Source: Ptychomitrium polyphyllum
Lineage: Eukaryota
Direction of reading: 5' to 3'
Length of the DNA: 64,000 bases
Assembly (NCBI GenBank): GCA_973851085.1
Contig: OZ316775.1
Span: forward strand, 930,001-994,000
Within the stretch, counting starts at the first letter, position 1, and each line of letters starts with the position of its first letter. A program made the translations under genes and the position numbers. Below the pieces are notes generated by a model. The model had not been told where the DNA came from. It saw only the letters and a program-made list of their open reading frames with translations, and did no database searches. Of this stretch, positions 11,829-25,848 are shown one piece after another.

Positions 11829-12967
11829 TAGGAATGCACTTGTTGCTGCCAACACGGAAGATTTATGAGCATTTATGAGGATTCTAGGAGCTCTGTAGCT
11901 GTGCTACTTTGTTCGAGTGAGCGAGAGTCGGTTGTGAGGCGGTGTACTTTCACAGAGACAGCTGTATTGCGACGTAAGTTTTCCTCTGGCTCTGTGCTGA
12001 GACGGAGAAACGAAGAGATGGCACCATGAAGGATTCTTTCTAAGGCTACGATGGGTGTTGACAGCAGTCCAACCATGGTTCGCTTTACAGTATGTGAGGT
12101 AATGTTCTGTTCGAAGATGAGGTACGGAACACTTGTAGTGTGATATCATTTTTGACACTTCAGAGGTTTTTGGGTATGTATCACCTATGTTCGTATGTTG
12201 TCATTCTGTTTTGAAAAAGTTGCGGTTTAATAAGAAGTTCTATCCATCTAGTACAGTGGAAAACATTGATACACGTTAAGAATATAATCGTTCTGGATTG
12301 AAATCGAGCACGTCATTTATCAAAGATTTCAAGGTTATGATTGAGGGTGGTGGCTTATTGTATAACGATTATACTCCTAACGTGTATCAATTGATTTTCA
12401 CGCTTAAACTTTTTCTAGTGCAATTTCCTAGTGCATCTTTTCTTATTTCGAACGTAAATTAGTGATTTTCTTAGCACTGCGTCTGCAAACTATCAATGCA
12501 TGAGGCTGAATTTTACAGAACCTTACGTTCGACAACCTGTTTCGTTTTGCATTTCCAATTTTCAGTAGCAGGTGCTGAGAATTAAGATAGCTTCTTCACA
12601 ACATGTTCAGGCTCTGTGACGTAACATAACACAATTTGCACCGCAGACTCAGTCACTGACAATCATATCTGAAATAATGAACAAATACAGTTCCATGACC
12701 AAATGGGTGGGCCGGTTACGTATTATCATCGAGAGTACATGGCAAACAAGAGCTTCGCCTTCAGTAACATTTTAAGGATGCAAACGTCACTCTTTCCAGT
12801 GGCCGGGCTGCAAGCTACTGTGAGAACGATCTAGAGGTACGAATTCCAGTTTCATACCATTCAAAGGTCAAGACAGTCACGAAAACATTGTACAAGATTT
12901 GTGTCTAAGGTGTAAACCTCGCACATTCGATTCCAGATTAGAAGTCACAACTGAGTTGCTAATTATG

Positions 12968-15200
12968 CTAGTCGAAATAGCAAGTAGAAAGATCAGAAGA
13001 AAAATGACTGCGTGGTACCCACCAATTGCCATTACCATCCTTGCAAATAGTGCTCGATTCCGGTGATGGAGTAGCACACCCTCCCAAGGCTACCAGAAGT
13101 TCATGCAGATCGGGGGATTTCTCGCTCTGGCGCTTGCCAAGCATTTGTGCAACAGGGTACCACGCCCTTGTTGTCTCCGCTTTAAGAGTTCCGCTGCCAA
13201 CAGGTTCACTTTTCGCCTCAGATGCCATGCTTCGAATGAGCTCACGATTAGATTCGCGAGGCCGGGCCGAAAAAGTTAGCGATGCTTGAAGTTGCTCTCG
13301 TGTTGGCTTCACATCTTCACTGTAAACGCCATTTTCCTGTTTCACCTTGCTCCTGGTAGAAGCACCTGGTTCTTCTTTGACCTTCACCATAGCAGGAGCA
13401 CCAAGCTCTAGTTTAACCTTAGCTATCTTCGGGATAGGGTTCATGGATAAAATTTTAGGCTTGACATCGATCTCTTCGGATGTTATATCCGACTTACCAT
13501 CACATTCTTTTGCTTTGTACAACTTCGCCAGGGGTACATCATCATCTAAAGCATCGTGTTCTTCAGAAAAGGAAGCCTTCTTCCTTTTGTCCGACTTCCC
13601 CTTGACAATAGCATGACTGTTCGCCCCGCTTCGAGGGTTCCCATTGTTCTTCCCGGCACCATGAATGATATTATAGGTTTTCTCCCATCCACCACGAGTC
13701 CCAGGTACAAGATTGACGTCAACAACCCTGAAAATATGGACGAGAACCCTCCAGTCCCTGGAATTTATAATTTCGTAAATACACACATCCCCCTCTTCCA
13801 AGCGATGGTCCTTGCTAAACCCTGCCCAGCCGCCACTTAGCCCAGTGTGTTTGTCGTTCTGGATCCATACTGTTTTCGGCCACTCGAAGCCATGAATGTC
13901 CTGGAGAATAATTTCGGTTTTCTGCTTTGGCAAGGATTTCCTAGCAAATTTTTTCGGGATATTCTGCATAAAGTCATAAGAACATCAAAATCAGTGACTG
14001 TTAATGCTGTAATGAAATGAACATGACATCTAAGAAAAAAGATTTATACAAGAACGAACCGCACACAACTCTCCATCAAGTTCAACGACGCATGTGCATT
14101 GATCACTACATTTAGTGGTCATCCACAGGTGAGAACAAGCAATATTGAGGAGACTAAACTAGAGAAATTCGTTTCAAGAGTAAGGAATACAGACAGCAAT
14201 AAGAAATGCAGTACCAGCCAGAACCCACGGTATACATGAGAGGGCTTCATGACTATGGTGACACTTGGATGCTCCGTTGTGAAAGACTGGGCAGCTGCAA
14301 GTGCCCTGTCCAGCTCCGCTTGCATAACTTTTCGTCGCCGAGACTCAAACGTTGTTGTCATCGACCCAGGCGCAATGAGAGTGCCATCCCTCGTTTTTGA
14401 TGTCGGTGCTTTCTTGTGACTGGGCTTTGCCTCCACCCTCTTTATCGATCCTACAAACTTTCTTTTTACACCCTTTTTTATAGTAGAGCAAACTTCTCCG
14501 TCTCCAAATTTTCTGCCCTTGAAGTCAGAGCTGATTTTAGAGTCAGAATCCGAAGACGACTCATCTTCGCTTTGAGAATCATCATACTCACTGTCATCCG
14601 AAGACTCGGAGCCGCTATCATCCGACACAGGTTCATCTTTGACTTCTTGTTTCTTGCGTTTACCAATCGAAAGGGCTACAACAGGCGAAGGTGTCACTTC
14701 TACACCCAGTTTGTTGAACGTGTAAACGGAGAAGCAATTCTTGGAAACCAGCGAAAATAACATTTGATCACCTCGTTTTACATTGATACTAGCAACAAAG
14801 TTCTTCCAGCCACCTTCGAAGCCCATGAACTTGGCTGGGCCACCAACTTCCACCAACCACTCATTCCCATTGCCACCAAGAAGGCGAAAAGTGCCACGCA
14901 AAGTTTCACCGTGAGCTTCCACAAATTCCCTGGGAATAGGCTGCACCACAAATAGACACAATCAGTGAGAAAAAATGCACTATTTGAGGCTTATATGTAA
15001 CACACAGCAGATCCAATACAAGGTCATGGAAATCGTCTCTATATATCAGAGTAAGAATTCACCGTCCAGTTACTGGATACTTCTAAGCTCGTTAACAGGA
15101 AACAGGGTGGTCGTGTGAAGTGGGATGGTGTAGCATCAGCTCCATGTTCCTTGAAACAAGTTTGTGTACACACCGCGCAAGCTCTGAATTCGCTGTCCAT
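12968..15200 (-). CDS. B3 domain protein (REM/VRN1-like, two B3 domains); exons 15200-15063, 14940-14215, 13963-12968
   Basis: B3 motifs PIPREFVE..GNEWLVEV..GFEGGWKNFV..GDQMLFSL and VMKPSHVYRGFWL|NIPKKF..GLSGGWAGFSKDHRLEEGDVCIYE..VHIFRV; N-terminal CxxCxxxC motif; canonical splice sites. Confidence 0.9.
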
Positions 15201-17231
15201 TGTTTCAGACTGATCTTGCTTCAGTCGACTCCAACGAATTTCTGCAAAGTACCGACTCGGAATAAGTCAGAAAATCTGCCACATTAATAGTCTTGTCAAC
15301 TGAAAGAGAAGAGGAAAACAGAAACATCAGCAAATACAACTACGTAAAGTACTAATAAACCCGAAACCCTAAATGGAAACATCGGCAACAACTACTATTA
15401 TCGATAGTTCACGTGGCACAAGATAATCATGCTCTGGTGGCATTTCTTGGACTTGAAACCACCGACTGTTATTTTGAATTAGGAAAGGAAAAATCAAAAT
15501 CAAAATCAAAATTGCTCTTTCGCAGCTTTGTCTAAGCATATTTCACAAACCATCAAAGATGGAGAATCTCACTCGGGGTAGTGCAGAGCGCAGCATTATC
15601 AAACGGTTTCATAAATAGCTCAAAACTTCCTATCGAAAGGAATCCACACTCAATACCAACATTCATACTTCAAAGCTCAAACAGTGGAGCGTACTCTGGT
15701 CATTCCAGACTTTGTCAAAGTGCTCGTCCTACCTTCTGCCTAGTAACCTTCTTAGTACTCTTGGAACCATATTCATTACTATGAATATTGGCGCAAGGGG
15801 AAACCAGAGACTAACAAAAATGTGGAGCGCAGAGATGGATTTGCATGCCAAACAAGAGCGCATTCCGGTCATATGTAGATAGTTCCCTGAGGATCAAACC
15901 TTGAACTGGCTGTAGCGGAGGCCGCTGTAACTAAAGATCAATGAACAAGCACCCGCAGGTTCAAGTTATGGAGATTCAAGATGTATGAAAAAAACCGAAG
16001 CGCCAAGGCAAGTTCTCTTCCTCGGCGATCTCATAACATATCCCTCATAATCGAAACATATTACATAGCTCACACAAACTGTCCCATGTCACAACACATC
16101 ACTTAGAAACATGAAGAACGAATGCGGGCGTAAATGTAACCTAGTCAGACCATCTGAAAGTTAAGATAAAGACAATCAAAGCGACACTGTGGTCGTCCAC
16201 GAAACAGACAACAATCATCAGCATTAACTGGGCTAGAATGAATGTCGACACTCTCAAGGAGAATGAAGGTATCCATCTCAGCAAACGCAATCCGTCTTCT
16301 CAATACAACTTCGATTCCACTAACATCGTATTGAGCTCTCACAGAAGAAGGCAACAACTTGACAATCCAAGTGCTAGTGGAGCGCTAGCTAGCTCACCTG
16401 CAAGCTGCTACATCCCCGACTGCAGCGATCCTTCTGTGCTCGATCAGTCCACCCGATGTTGTCAATAATCTCAAAAATATGACGCCACACACCCAGACTC
16501 CAACGCGAGCTCCCAGGTTCCAAGCCCAACTAACCCAAGTGGAGAAGCAGAAAGCTCGCTTCCACCTTCAGAATGCAAACTCTGCAACTTTGGCCCTTTG
16601 AGCCGCAAACACTAGCACAGCATCTGCAGTATAGTAGATGTTATTCTACAACTTCGATGACTTCAGGTTTATAATGTAGACCGCTGGTAGATGATATGTG
16701 GCTGTTTCAGTAAGCACTGCAGCGCGCCGCCGTTTCTTCGGAACAACTAGTCCTAGTCCGAGTTCATCGTCGCCATTGAGTCCGACCATCCGTATTCAAC
16801 ACAACTTATGTAATACACGCTTTGGGAGGACAGTAACTGAGATATGATGGCATCTGATTCATTTTAAATTTCAAACTCAGAGTGGGAGTTATTTTAATAA
16901 TGTCCATTTGAGGAAGACAGCGCCCTGTCATTCATACTTCACACATCAGGTAGAAGTATTAAAAGAACTCGTTTCCGTGCCTGTGAAAGGTTGACTTCCG
17001 AGCGTCACTGTGTCCACACCTAATGAAAGGCAGACATGGACACCATTCCAACTATGCACCAGGTTCCAAGTCTGTAGGCACCCAGGTGCATTTTTCTTTG
17101 GATCTATTACCGTTCGGCTGGATACATGGACCCAGTCAACACTGTTTGTAAAAAGACACCTAGAGAATAGTAAAGGCGTCAGAGTACTTGATGGGATCCC
17201 AGCAAGGGGTAAAGCTGGGCATCTTGTTTTC

Positions 17232-17292
17232 CTAAAAACGAACCAAACAAAAACAAAAACAAAACAAACCAAAACAAACAAAACGTCAAACC
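17232..17292 (+). repeat. A/C-rich low-complexity tract, degenerate (AAAAC)n
   Basis: aaaaacgaaccaaacaaaaacaaaaacaaaacaaaccaaaacaaacaaaac. Confidence 0.8.
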
Positions 17293-19675
17293 AACTTGCT
17301 CTGTATTTTTACCCATGATGTTCCCACCTCCCTGTACCCTCTACTGAAGACATTTTTGAGCATGGCATGTTATTGTGAGCAACCCCCATGAATATACCTC
17401 CCTGAAGTCCAGAGAGTCAGCCCCAGGAAATCAAAAGGGTTGATTGGAGAAGAGTGAGGTTTAGGGGATATGGACAATACTGAAGTTCTTAAAAATCATT
17501 TAGTTTATGCAGAAGTCTAAAGTGATAAAGACAATATGGGTACTAGAGTAATTTTAAATGAAGAACGAGCTTTTTTTTTAAAATTTGATGTTTTTTATTA
17601 ACTCCAGTAAAATAAAGATAAATCACAAACCTTAATTACAAAAAGCTTAGTTTTAAAATAAATAAATAAATAATAAGGTTTAGAATTTAATGGATTCTAA
17701 ATCCTAGTTTGCATTGAACAAAATAAAATGGTCTTTTTTATTCCTTACAATGATTGAAGTTGGATGCATTTTTGTTATGGAGTTTTAAAAAAGAATCCAA
17801 TCATATTCTTTCTTATGCACCATCTTCATTTCCATCTATGTAGACCTTGTTTTTATTGCTATCAAATTCATTAAGTTTTTCTTTTCTAAAACTTTAGTAC
17901 AATAGTGTTACCAAATTCAATTCTTGTAAAAAGAATTAAAATCCAATAATTTAATCTTTCCACCCATATCTTAATTGAACTTTTTATATATTTCAAAAAA
18001 AAATTATATGTTGAATTAAACGCTTGAGTTGTAAGTACATATAATATGATTAGAAGTACACATATGATTAAATGTCAATCATAAAAGATTATGCAATTCA
18101 ACATAAAAAATATAAAATATATTGACTTTATAAATGCCAAGCCCTAAATTGATACACTATGCTTCAATTTAGAGACTTTTATGCAATTCAACATAAAAAA
18201 TACATATAATCTGATCCAAATTTATGACATAAGCTACAAATTTCATTCTCAAAAATGCCTTGATTCACCACTTATTTCCCAACATCCATTTATGTAGTAT
18301 CATGAACATCATGAACAGAATGTACTTCCTACCAGAAAGTACGAAGCAACACTGGTTGCCAAAATCCTAAAGCATGCAAAAAAATCAAAGACAACTGATA
18401 CAAGATAAATTTAGCAATCTCAAGGACAATTCTTGTCAAGATTTGGAACTCTAGGAACCACTAGGTCTCCAATTCCCATCATGATACATCATGCTAGATA
18501 ATCCCACGGCCAAAAAATAACAACCTCATCACAAAACCTACTGTCGTTGAGGTAGTGGCCAGATAGGTTCTGTCTTCCGGATTATTTTTTTCACAGTCCT
18601 AGCCTGGACTGTCCAGTTTGTATGTTTGAACAAATATCAGTGAACAAATAGTTTGCAGATTGCGTACCTACAGGTGTCGGTTGGCAGGGGGCGACCGGAA
18701 TCCGGAATCCAAGCTTTGGAACAGATTCTAGTGCAGAGGAAGCTACAAAGCTACAGAAACTTACAAAGTAAAGCAGAGGAATACATGCACGTTGTGTTAC
18801 GCTGTGTTACAAGCAGGAATATAGAACGATCGATCCTCCGTGTGCGACGAAGGAACTGAGAATGTGAAGCGTCTCCTGCATTTGCGGCTTTGATGCAAAT
18901 GCAGGAGCTGCAGGCAGGAATGGCGTAGTGGACCACTGAGGCGCTCTTTGATGCTTCTGCAGGGCCAGGCTGTGAACGGAGCACCGCCTTGTGGAACCAT
19001 GAAGGGAGGCACAGGAGGCATAAGAGGCTACAGTAGATGACTGAAAAGTGGAGCTGGCAGGCGGCACCTCAGCGCAGGCATTCGAGGGTCCGCACTGGGT
19101 GGGGACGCACACCAGTCAGAACGGATTGTATGTGTGACATGGCGCAGAAACAGCGGTGGTTTCTCCGGTCGCCACTTGGGCGTTGTGTCGTGTAGAAGAT
19201 AAACCTGCCTCGCTGATCTACGATCCATCCGGGGATGGACTTGAATGCGTCGTCTCCTAGCGGCGTGTTTCTTCGGGCGTTCTTGTGAAGATCGTGGAGT
19301 TTCATGGAGGATTTGTGATACTGGGTTGCTGTCATCAGCTGCGTCATCGGTATTTTTGAGGTAGGCATCGCTGTTTTGAAGTCCATGCTCTGAAGCTGCT
19401 TCGTCGATCATGTTGGGATTCAGTGATGGCGTGGGAGGCTTGCAGATTGCTCACTTGCTAACTTAAGCGGGTTTGCGTTCCATCATTGTGACGAACCTCA
19501 GAGGAATTTGCCTAAGGGTCGAGGTTTTTCGAGGATTTGGCACCGTGTTCTCGGATTGTTGCACGTGTGGGTTTAGTGATGGATGATCCCTAGTGCGAGC
19601 GACAAGGATATTCGTGGTTTTACACTCGCGGTTGTTTGAAGTTCGCGGTTCCTAGAACTTTAGAATCTTCCCACC

Positions 19676-22600
19676 ATGTCGTCGCCTATGGGCATTCCAA
19701 CTCTGACAAGGAGCGGCTCGAAGTCCGCGGCTTCGTCTCTGGCTTCGTCTTTCCCGTCTCGAGGAGGTTTTTATCGAATCCACAGCCAGCCAGAGGATCA
19801 ACAGGGCTTCTTGCGGTCGTACTCCTCCAACCGGAGGTCTCAAGATTTTGGTCATGGCGGCCAGGAGCCTCTGTTGCAGACGTCCTGGTCCTCGCAGAAG
19901 GATGGACGCTATGCGGACGACGCGGAGCGCGCCTTGCTTGGAGGATCGGAGGCCTTACCGGTGCCGCAGAAGCTCAACGTGTGGCAGGAGCTGGGGCGGC
20001 AGTGTTGGCTGGCCGGACCCATGGTAGTTGTGAACCTGCTGCAGTACTCCATTACGATTGTGTCCGTGGCGTTTGTGGGCCACTTGGGAGAATTGGAGCT
20101 TGCCAGTGCTTCCATCGCCAATTCACTTGCTGGCGTGCTTGGCTACTACGTTCTGGTAAATTCTTTTACGTGCTTTCTTCCAGATCATTTGACAGAGGGA
20201 AGGAATGATCAAGAACGGGAACAGGATGATTCACATGCTGAAAATCTCACTTGTATGGGTGTGCTTGAAGGTTGTGTAGAAATCGGCTGTGTGGCAATCT
20301 TTCGTTTGTTTTTACAATGTCCCAAATGTCGCAGCAGACAGCTTTTATTTCGCGAATGTAGTGCAGTAGAGAAGCAGAGCAAGAACTATGTAGTAAACTG
20401 TCCGATTTTATTACTTCGGTTTGAAATTTCTTGAATTTTCATAGTGTGTTTTGACATTTTGATCTCAAAAAAAGATGGCTGGATTTGAATGTGTCTACTT
20501 ACCTGCCTTTCTGTTATCTAAGATTTTAGTCTTTCTATCAGTCTAGGTTTTAGGGTTAACCACAGGTTTCTGCGGTGGTTTGATCTTATGAGCAGCTAGG
20601 CATGGGAAGTGCTCTGGAGACACTATGCGGGCAAGCGTACGGGGCAGGCTCAATGCATCATCATATGCTGGGGGTGTTTTTGCAAAGAGCGCTCATTGTG
20701 CTATATGGAGCATGCATTCCGATTTCGTTCCTGTTCATATACATGGAGCATGTTCTTCTTTGGCTGGGTCAAGAGCCTAATATCTCCGAGAAGGCGGGCG
20801 AGTATGCACTTTATCTGCTACCCAGCCTGTACGCCTATGCGCTTCTACAGCCTGTGGTCAAGTTTTTGCAGACCCAAAGTGTGGTGTTCCCAATGGTGAT
20901 TTGTTCAGCAGTGACGTTGTGCTTGCATACGGGAATTTTGTATACTCTTATTCATACGCTGGGGCTGGGGTACAAAGGGGCTGCCTTAGGAACGAGCGTG
21001 TCATTCTGGATCAATGCAATTCTTTTAGTCTCGTATGTCAGATTTTCTGGCGTCTGCAAACATACCTGGAAAGGATTTACAACGGATGCTTTTGTTGACC
21101 TGCGTGAGTTCCTGAAACTGGCAATTCCATCTTGTATCATGATCTGGTAAGTCACCTGCAGACGTGTCATTTCATTTCATACGATATGGATTTCTTTCAA
21201 CAAGTGATTATAGTAGGTTGTGGAAACCTTGGTCCGTAAGTTAGTTTCGAGAATAATTTTTTGACGAAATTTCGTAGTCATTCAATTGCAAGTGGGATGA
21301 GTTAATGTAATTGTTCTTCTTGACATGATCGCTACAGCCTTGAGTATTGGTGCTTTGAGGTTCTAGTCATTTTAGCTGGACTACTGCCGAATCCAAAACT
21401 TGAACTTGCAACCCTCTCTGTCTGGTATTTCAATCCTGCCTGATCTCTCCTTTGACCTGCCTTTAAGTCATTACTATTGTGGTTCCGATTGGTTCAAGGC
21501 AATGATATTTTAGATGTAAATGGGCAATAGTTCAATTTAAAAAAATCTTGCTAGTTAATAGCATCGGTGCAACCTACAAGAGTGTTTACATTCATTGGTT
21601 CCCGAGATTCTATGATTCTTCAGCGGAATTTTTGAGAAAATTAGTGATGGTGGTAGTGTTAACGACACTGGTGGGGGTGTTGCAGCTTGAGTACAACTTC
21701 TTTAAATTACATGATTCCTTTTGGCCTGAGCGCCGCTGCCAGGTTCTTACTTCACCTCCATATGTAGATCATTGTACTTGGTCTGTGAAATGTTGACTGC
21801 GCTTGAAGTATTGTTAAAAGGCGCAATATGTTAGGTTGCTCAAAAGCCTATCTTATCATCCGGAGTTAGCCCTCTTCCCATGTTGTATTGGTTGTTGCAT
21901 CCAAAATTTCGATCCTTTTTTCCCAAGATGAGCTGACTAATGTCATTTTAAATTTGCAGCACAAGAGTTGCAAATGAGCTTGGAGCAGGTGATGCTCCTG
22001 CGGCAAAACAAGCTGTAGTGTCGGTGGTGAGCCTCTCCGCTGTTCAAGCCCTAGTCATTTCCAGCATACTTCTGTCGCTCCGCCACAAATGGGGCTGGCT
22101 GTTCAGCAGCGATGCTGAAGTGGTGGATATGGTGGCGAAAATCATGCCTTTTATTGCTGCCATTGCCCTACTCGATGGTATCCAGGGTGTGCTTTCAGGT
22201 AACTTGTTACCTATCCATTTATTGTGGTAATAAGACGCATATCACCGAATTTGCATATCTTCCTATTGTCATGAAGTTTGTTACGTTGTGTGTTCGTAAG
22301 GAAATTTACTTCTTTTGATGTAGGTGTGGCAAGAGGATGTGGGTGGCAAGAACTTGGTGCTGTTATCAACTTGGGTGCTTTTTATGGAGTGGGAGTTCCA
22401 ATATCTGTCATTCTCGCCTTTGTGTTCGACTTCGCTGGTCGAGTATGTCCCTCTTGAACTATTTTCGCTTCAAATTGTTGGCCCTTTTCTGTATCAGCCT
22501 AACAACCATTACATCAGCATTCGAGTGAATTTAATCATTGCGTTTTTATTATGAATGAAGTCGGTGAAAGTATTGTCAACAATTGGTTGAACAGTCTTAA

Positions 22601-23595
22601 CCATTTTGCAGTAGTTGAGTAATCTTCAAAACCATGTTCATCCTCGAGATTTTAAACTCACAACTAAGGATTTGTATGAGGCATTACTGAGGAGTATTTT
22701 CTAATTACCATGCACTTTTCACAACGATGCTTTCGATTCCTTTATACACTTGTTTATGAAAATCAATTAATGCATGCAGGGACTCTTCATAGGTCTTATA
22801 TGTGGATTGGGTACTCAGACCCTTATCCTCATGTATGTTACATTGCGTACCGATTGGGAGAAACAGGTATGAAACTTTCTCAAAATTCCCTTCAGAGATT
22901 GTCCTTAGAATGAAAACTTCGTTTGAGTTTTTTCAAATTTTTTTATTGAACTTCATCATGGTTCTGATGCCTTCAGAACTATATGGTATTTATCACCCTG
23001 CTAGATTATTCTGCAGGATTGACAAGAATAAACATGTTAATGTATTATGTAGAGGTGTTTAATAAATGATGTTATCTAGGATGCATGTATGCATGTGTCA
23101 TCATTGTGTGCATTTGCAAAGCAGTGATCAGTGATTTCTGCATACTTACAATGAGTCTGCGGAAGGTGAAAATGGTGGTGACAAAGTTTGAGATGGTTTG
23201 TACATTATAGGTCCAGAAGGCAACAGCTCGCATATTGCACGACGAAGAGGACATGCTGGACAAGGTTTGTTTTTTTGTGGGCTGTTCATAATTTTTTTAT
23301 CCACTTTAAAGGGCCCACAGCTTAAATTTTTCTTAGTTGTATTCATAAATTGTAATGATCACCCTTGAACATGGAAATTTAGGGTGCCCTTCTTGATCCT
23401 GTTAGAGCTGTAGCGAACTGGACAATAGCGTTTGTTGCCTCAAACACGGCTTATAACCAACGCTTTACATTGAATGCTTCGCAAGTGCTTTTTTTCTAAT
23501 TGTCTGTAGTGTTCGTCGAATACAAGAGCAGAAGACCATTTTGATCAATGTGTTGTATTACGATGCACTTTTTGCAGGGTCACGATAGTAGCTAA
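19676..23595 (+). CDS. MATE/DETOXIFICATION-family efflux transporter; exons 19676-20155, 20596-21146, 21338-21424, 21686-21742, 21960-22198, 22324-22442, 22780-22866, 23211-23264, 23578-23595
   Basis: FVGHLGELELASASIA, LGMGSALETLCGQAYGA, FLQTQS, LAIPSCIMICLEYW, STRVANELGAG, GVLSGVARGCGWQ; all junctions are GT/AG and in frame. Confidence 0.95.
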
Positions 23596-25410
23596 AGGGT
23601 GCCGTGAATCGGACGCAAAGTCAGGTACCATCAACCTATAACACATGTCTTTAGAGCACAGTTAATATAGTTGATGAGGATCATGTGAAAATTATTTCAT
23701 GGCCAGGTCTTTATAATTGCTTCTGGAACTCGTATTACTGCTTACAAGTACGTTCACCTAGTATTTGAATTAATTAGAAACGATTTCCAAGTTAACTTTC
23801 TCAATGTTTCTCTGCACTATTTAGTTGACAATAGCAAGTCTGCTGTTGAAACTTGTGTATGTATGCATAACAACATGGAATGTTTGTACTTTCTAGGGCT
23901 GGTTGTACGAGTATGAGGAATAAAAATTGGTGCAAAGCGCTCTCCCTCCCTTTGAACAATTTTGATCGCTGGATAGCAACATAGACTTGTTTTGCAGGTG
24001 CTTCTAGAGAACAATCATGTCTTGTAGATTAGAAGAGTGATTATGTGTTGTTGATTAGCTTTGTGTGCAAATCTTCTATTTGAAGAACATGCACTATAGT
24101 TCACTATGAAATCCAAAAATGTGGAGTTAGTGAATGAAATCATGTAATTTACGTAAACTAAGTGGCATGTGTAGAATCTTTTCACTCTTGCGTTGTTTAT
24201 ATAAATAAAGTTAAACAACGCAATTCAATTCAAGCCGGACACAATGGAGAATGTGTAAAGGACTCTCAGATCCTTTATCATAAAAGCAAGGAGGACGACT
24301 GTGGTTATTTAAAGAATGTTAATAATGCTAAATATTATGTTGTTTATTCTCCATGAATCTTAAATACGTGCATCATTTAGACCTCTAAATTGTTTGCTAG
24401 GCACAGAGGCAACATTTGAGGAAAGCATTGGAACAATTTCCAGGTTTAGAAGTCAAGTAGTTATGATATCAACTGTAGCAGTGCGTAGGCTATTGGATCA
24501 CGTTGCAGATTAATTTTAGGACCATGTTTAGAGTTATTTTTAAACCAAACTGTTTTAGATCAGCGTGTAGAATTGGCTCTTATATTTGCAATGAGCAATC
24601 AGAAGCTTCTCAAGTGCAATCTGCAGTTAGAAGTTGTGTGAATCACTTCCTAGATGATCAAAAAAAAAACATTTGAAAAGAGTACAAAAGGCAACAAGAA
24701 ACAATATTAACAAGTTGGTGGTTTCAATTCCTTCAAAATGACATATCAAAGATTTTACAGAGACATCTAATCCAATACAAACAATTGATTTTTGAAAATT
24801 ACATGTTAAATTGTTTGTAAGATGGACATGAACTTGTGAACAATGATCTATAACTGTAAAAAGATGTGCACATTTAAGGAAAAAAAGATGACAAAAACTC
24901 CAAAAAAATTAATTATTCAAATAAAAATTGAAAAATTGGTCTAAATGTGGTAAAAGTTTAGGTTCACAATAATTTTTTTGAAAGTGTAATAGTTTCAAAA
25001 AATGGAGGCAAACAATAGTATATCACCACAACTACAATAGATGAATTACATTTGACAATGCTATCTATGCTTTAAAGGTCATATGTGCTTTCTATAAGTG
25101 CTACAATGCAAGAATTTTGTTGTCTTCCAAATCATTTTGACCAAGAAAGGACTTATCACTGAATAAGGATTACATAGATTTTTTACAAAAGAAATAGCAT
25201 AAGATTAATACTTGTGCACTTAACTAAACTACAATGACCAACAAATTTTTTTACATTTTTAATTATTTCAAATAATAAGTTTTCAAATCCTTCTCAAAAC
25301 ACTTGTATTTTGTTTCATATAGAATTAGTCTAATACAACAATTGAAACCAACAAGAACACATCTTAGGCTTAGTAAATCATCATCTACATCAAACCTTCA
25401 AGGCCTACAT

Positions 25411-25848
25411 TATCACGAATATACATATTAGAAGCATCTAGAAAGGTTCTTAGAATATTTAGGAAGTTTCCTTGACTTGGGAAACTTCCAAGGAAGTTAT
25501 CTTTGGATTAGGAAGCTTCTAAAGAAGTTGCCTCAGCTAAGATAGCTTTCAAGGAAGTTGCCTTCGTTCAGGAAACTTCCAAGGAAGCAACTCAAGGTTG
25601 CTTGAGTACAAAGCAATGTAGGTAAAACTTCTCAAGAAGCTTCCAAGGCTTGTAATTCTAATATATATAGGAGTCAAGGCTAAAGAACTCTTCCGTCTTG
25701 ACAACGCATCTCTTGTAGTCTAGCTCAGACCTTCTAGCCTTGTCTTTTGTATCTTGTTGTAGTTTTTTATCTTTAATATACTTGGACTTATCTTATTCTA
25801 CATCCTAGAATCCTAAACTCTTGTCTTGTGGTTACTCTGTCCGTAACA
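25411..25848 (+). repeat. 5' LTR (438 bp; TG end mutated to TA, ends ..TAACA)
   Basis: Aligns with 30861-31286; contains ~30-bp tandem repeats and a TATA box at ~25662. Confidence 0.95.

Noticed and set aside
10575..11855. 426 aa antisense ORF (mirrored by 46035-47279) and other overlapping ORFs
   Set aside because: Shadow frames of a GC-rich CDS; Ser-rich, no recognisable domain.
15581..16468. Short ORFs upstream of the B3 gene
   Set aside because: No recognisable product; consistent with a long intron-containing leader.
25460..25600. CRISPR-like appearance of palindromic repeats
   Set aside because: Eukaryotic LTR tandem repeats, duplicated in both LTRs, with no unique spacers or cas genes.
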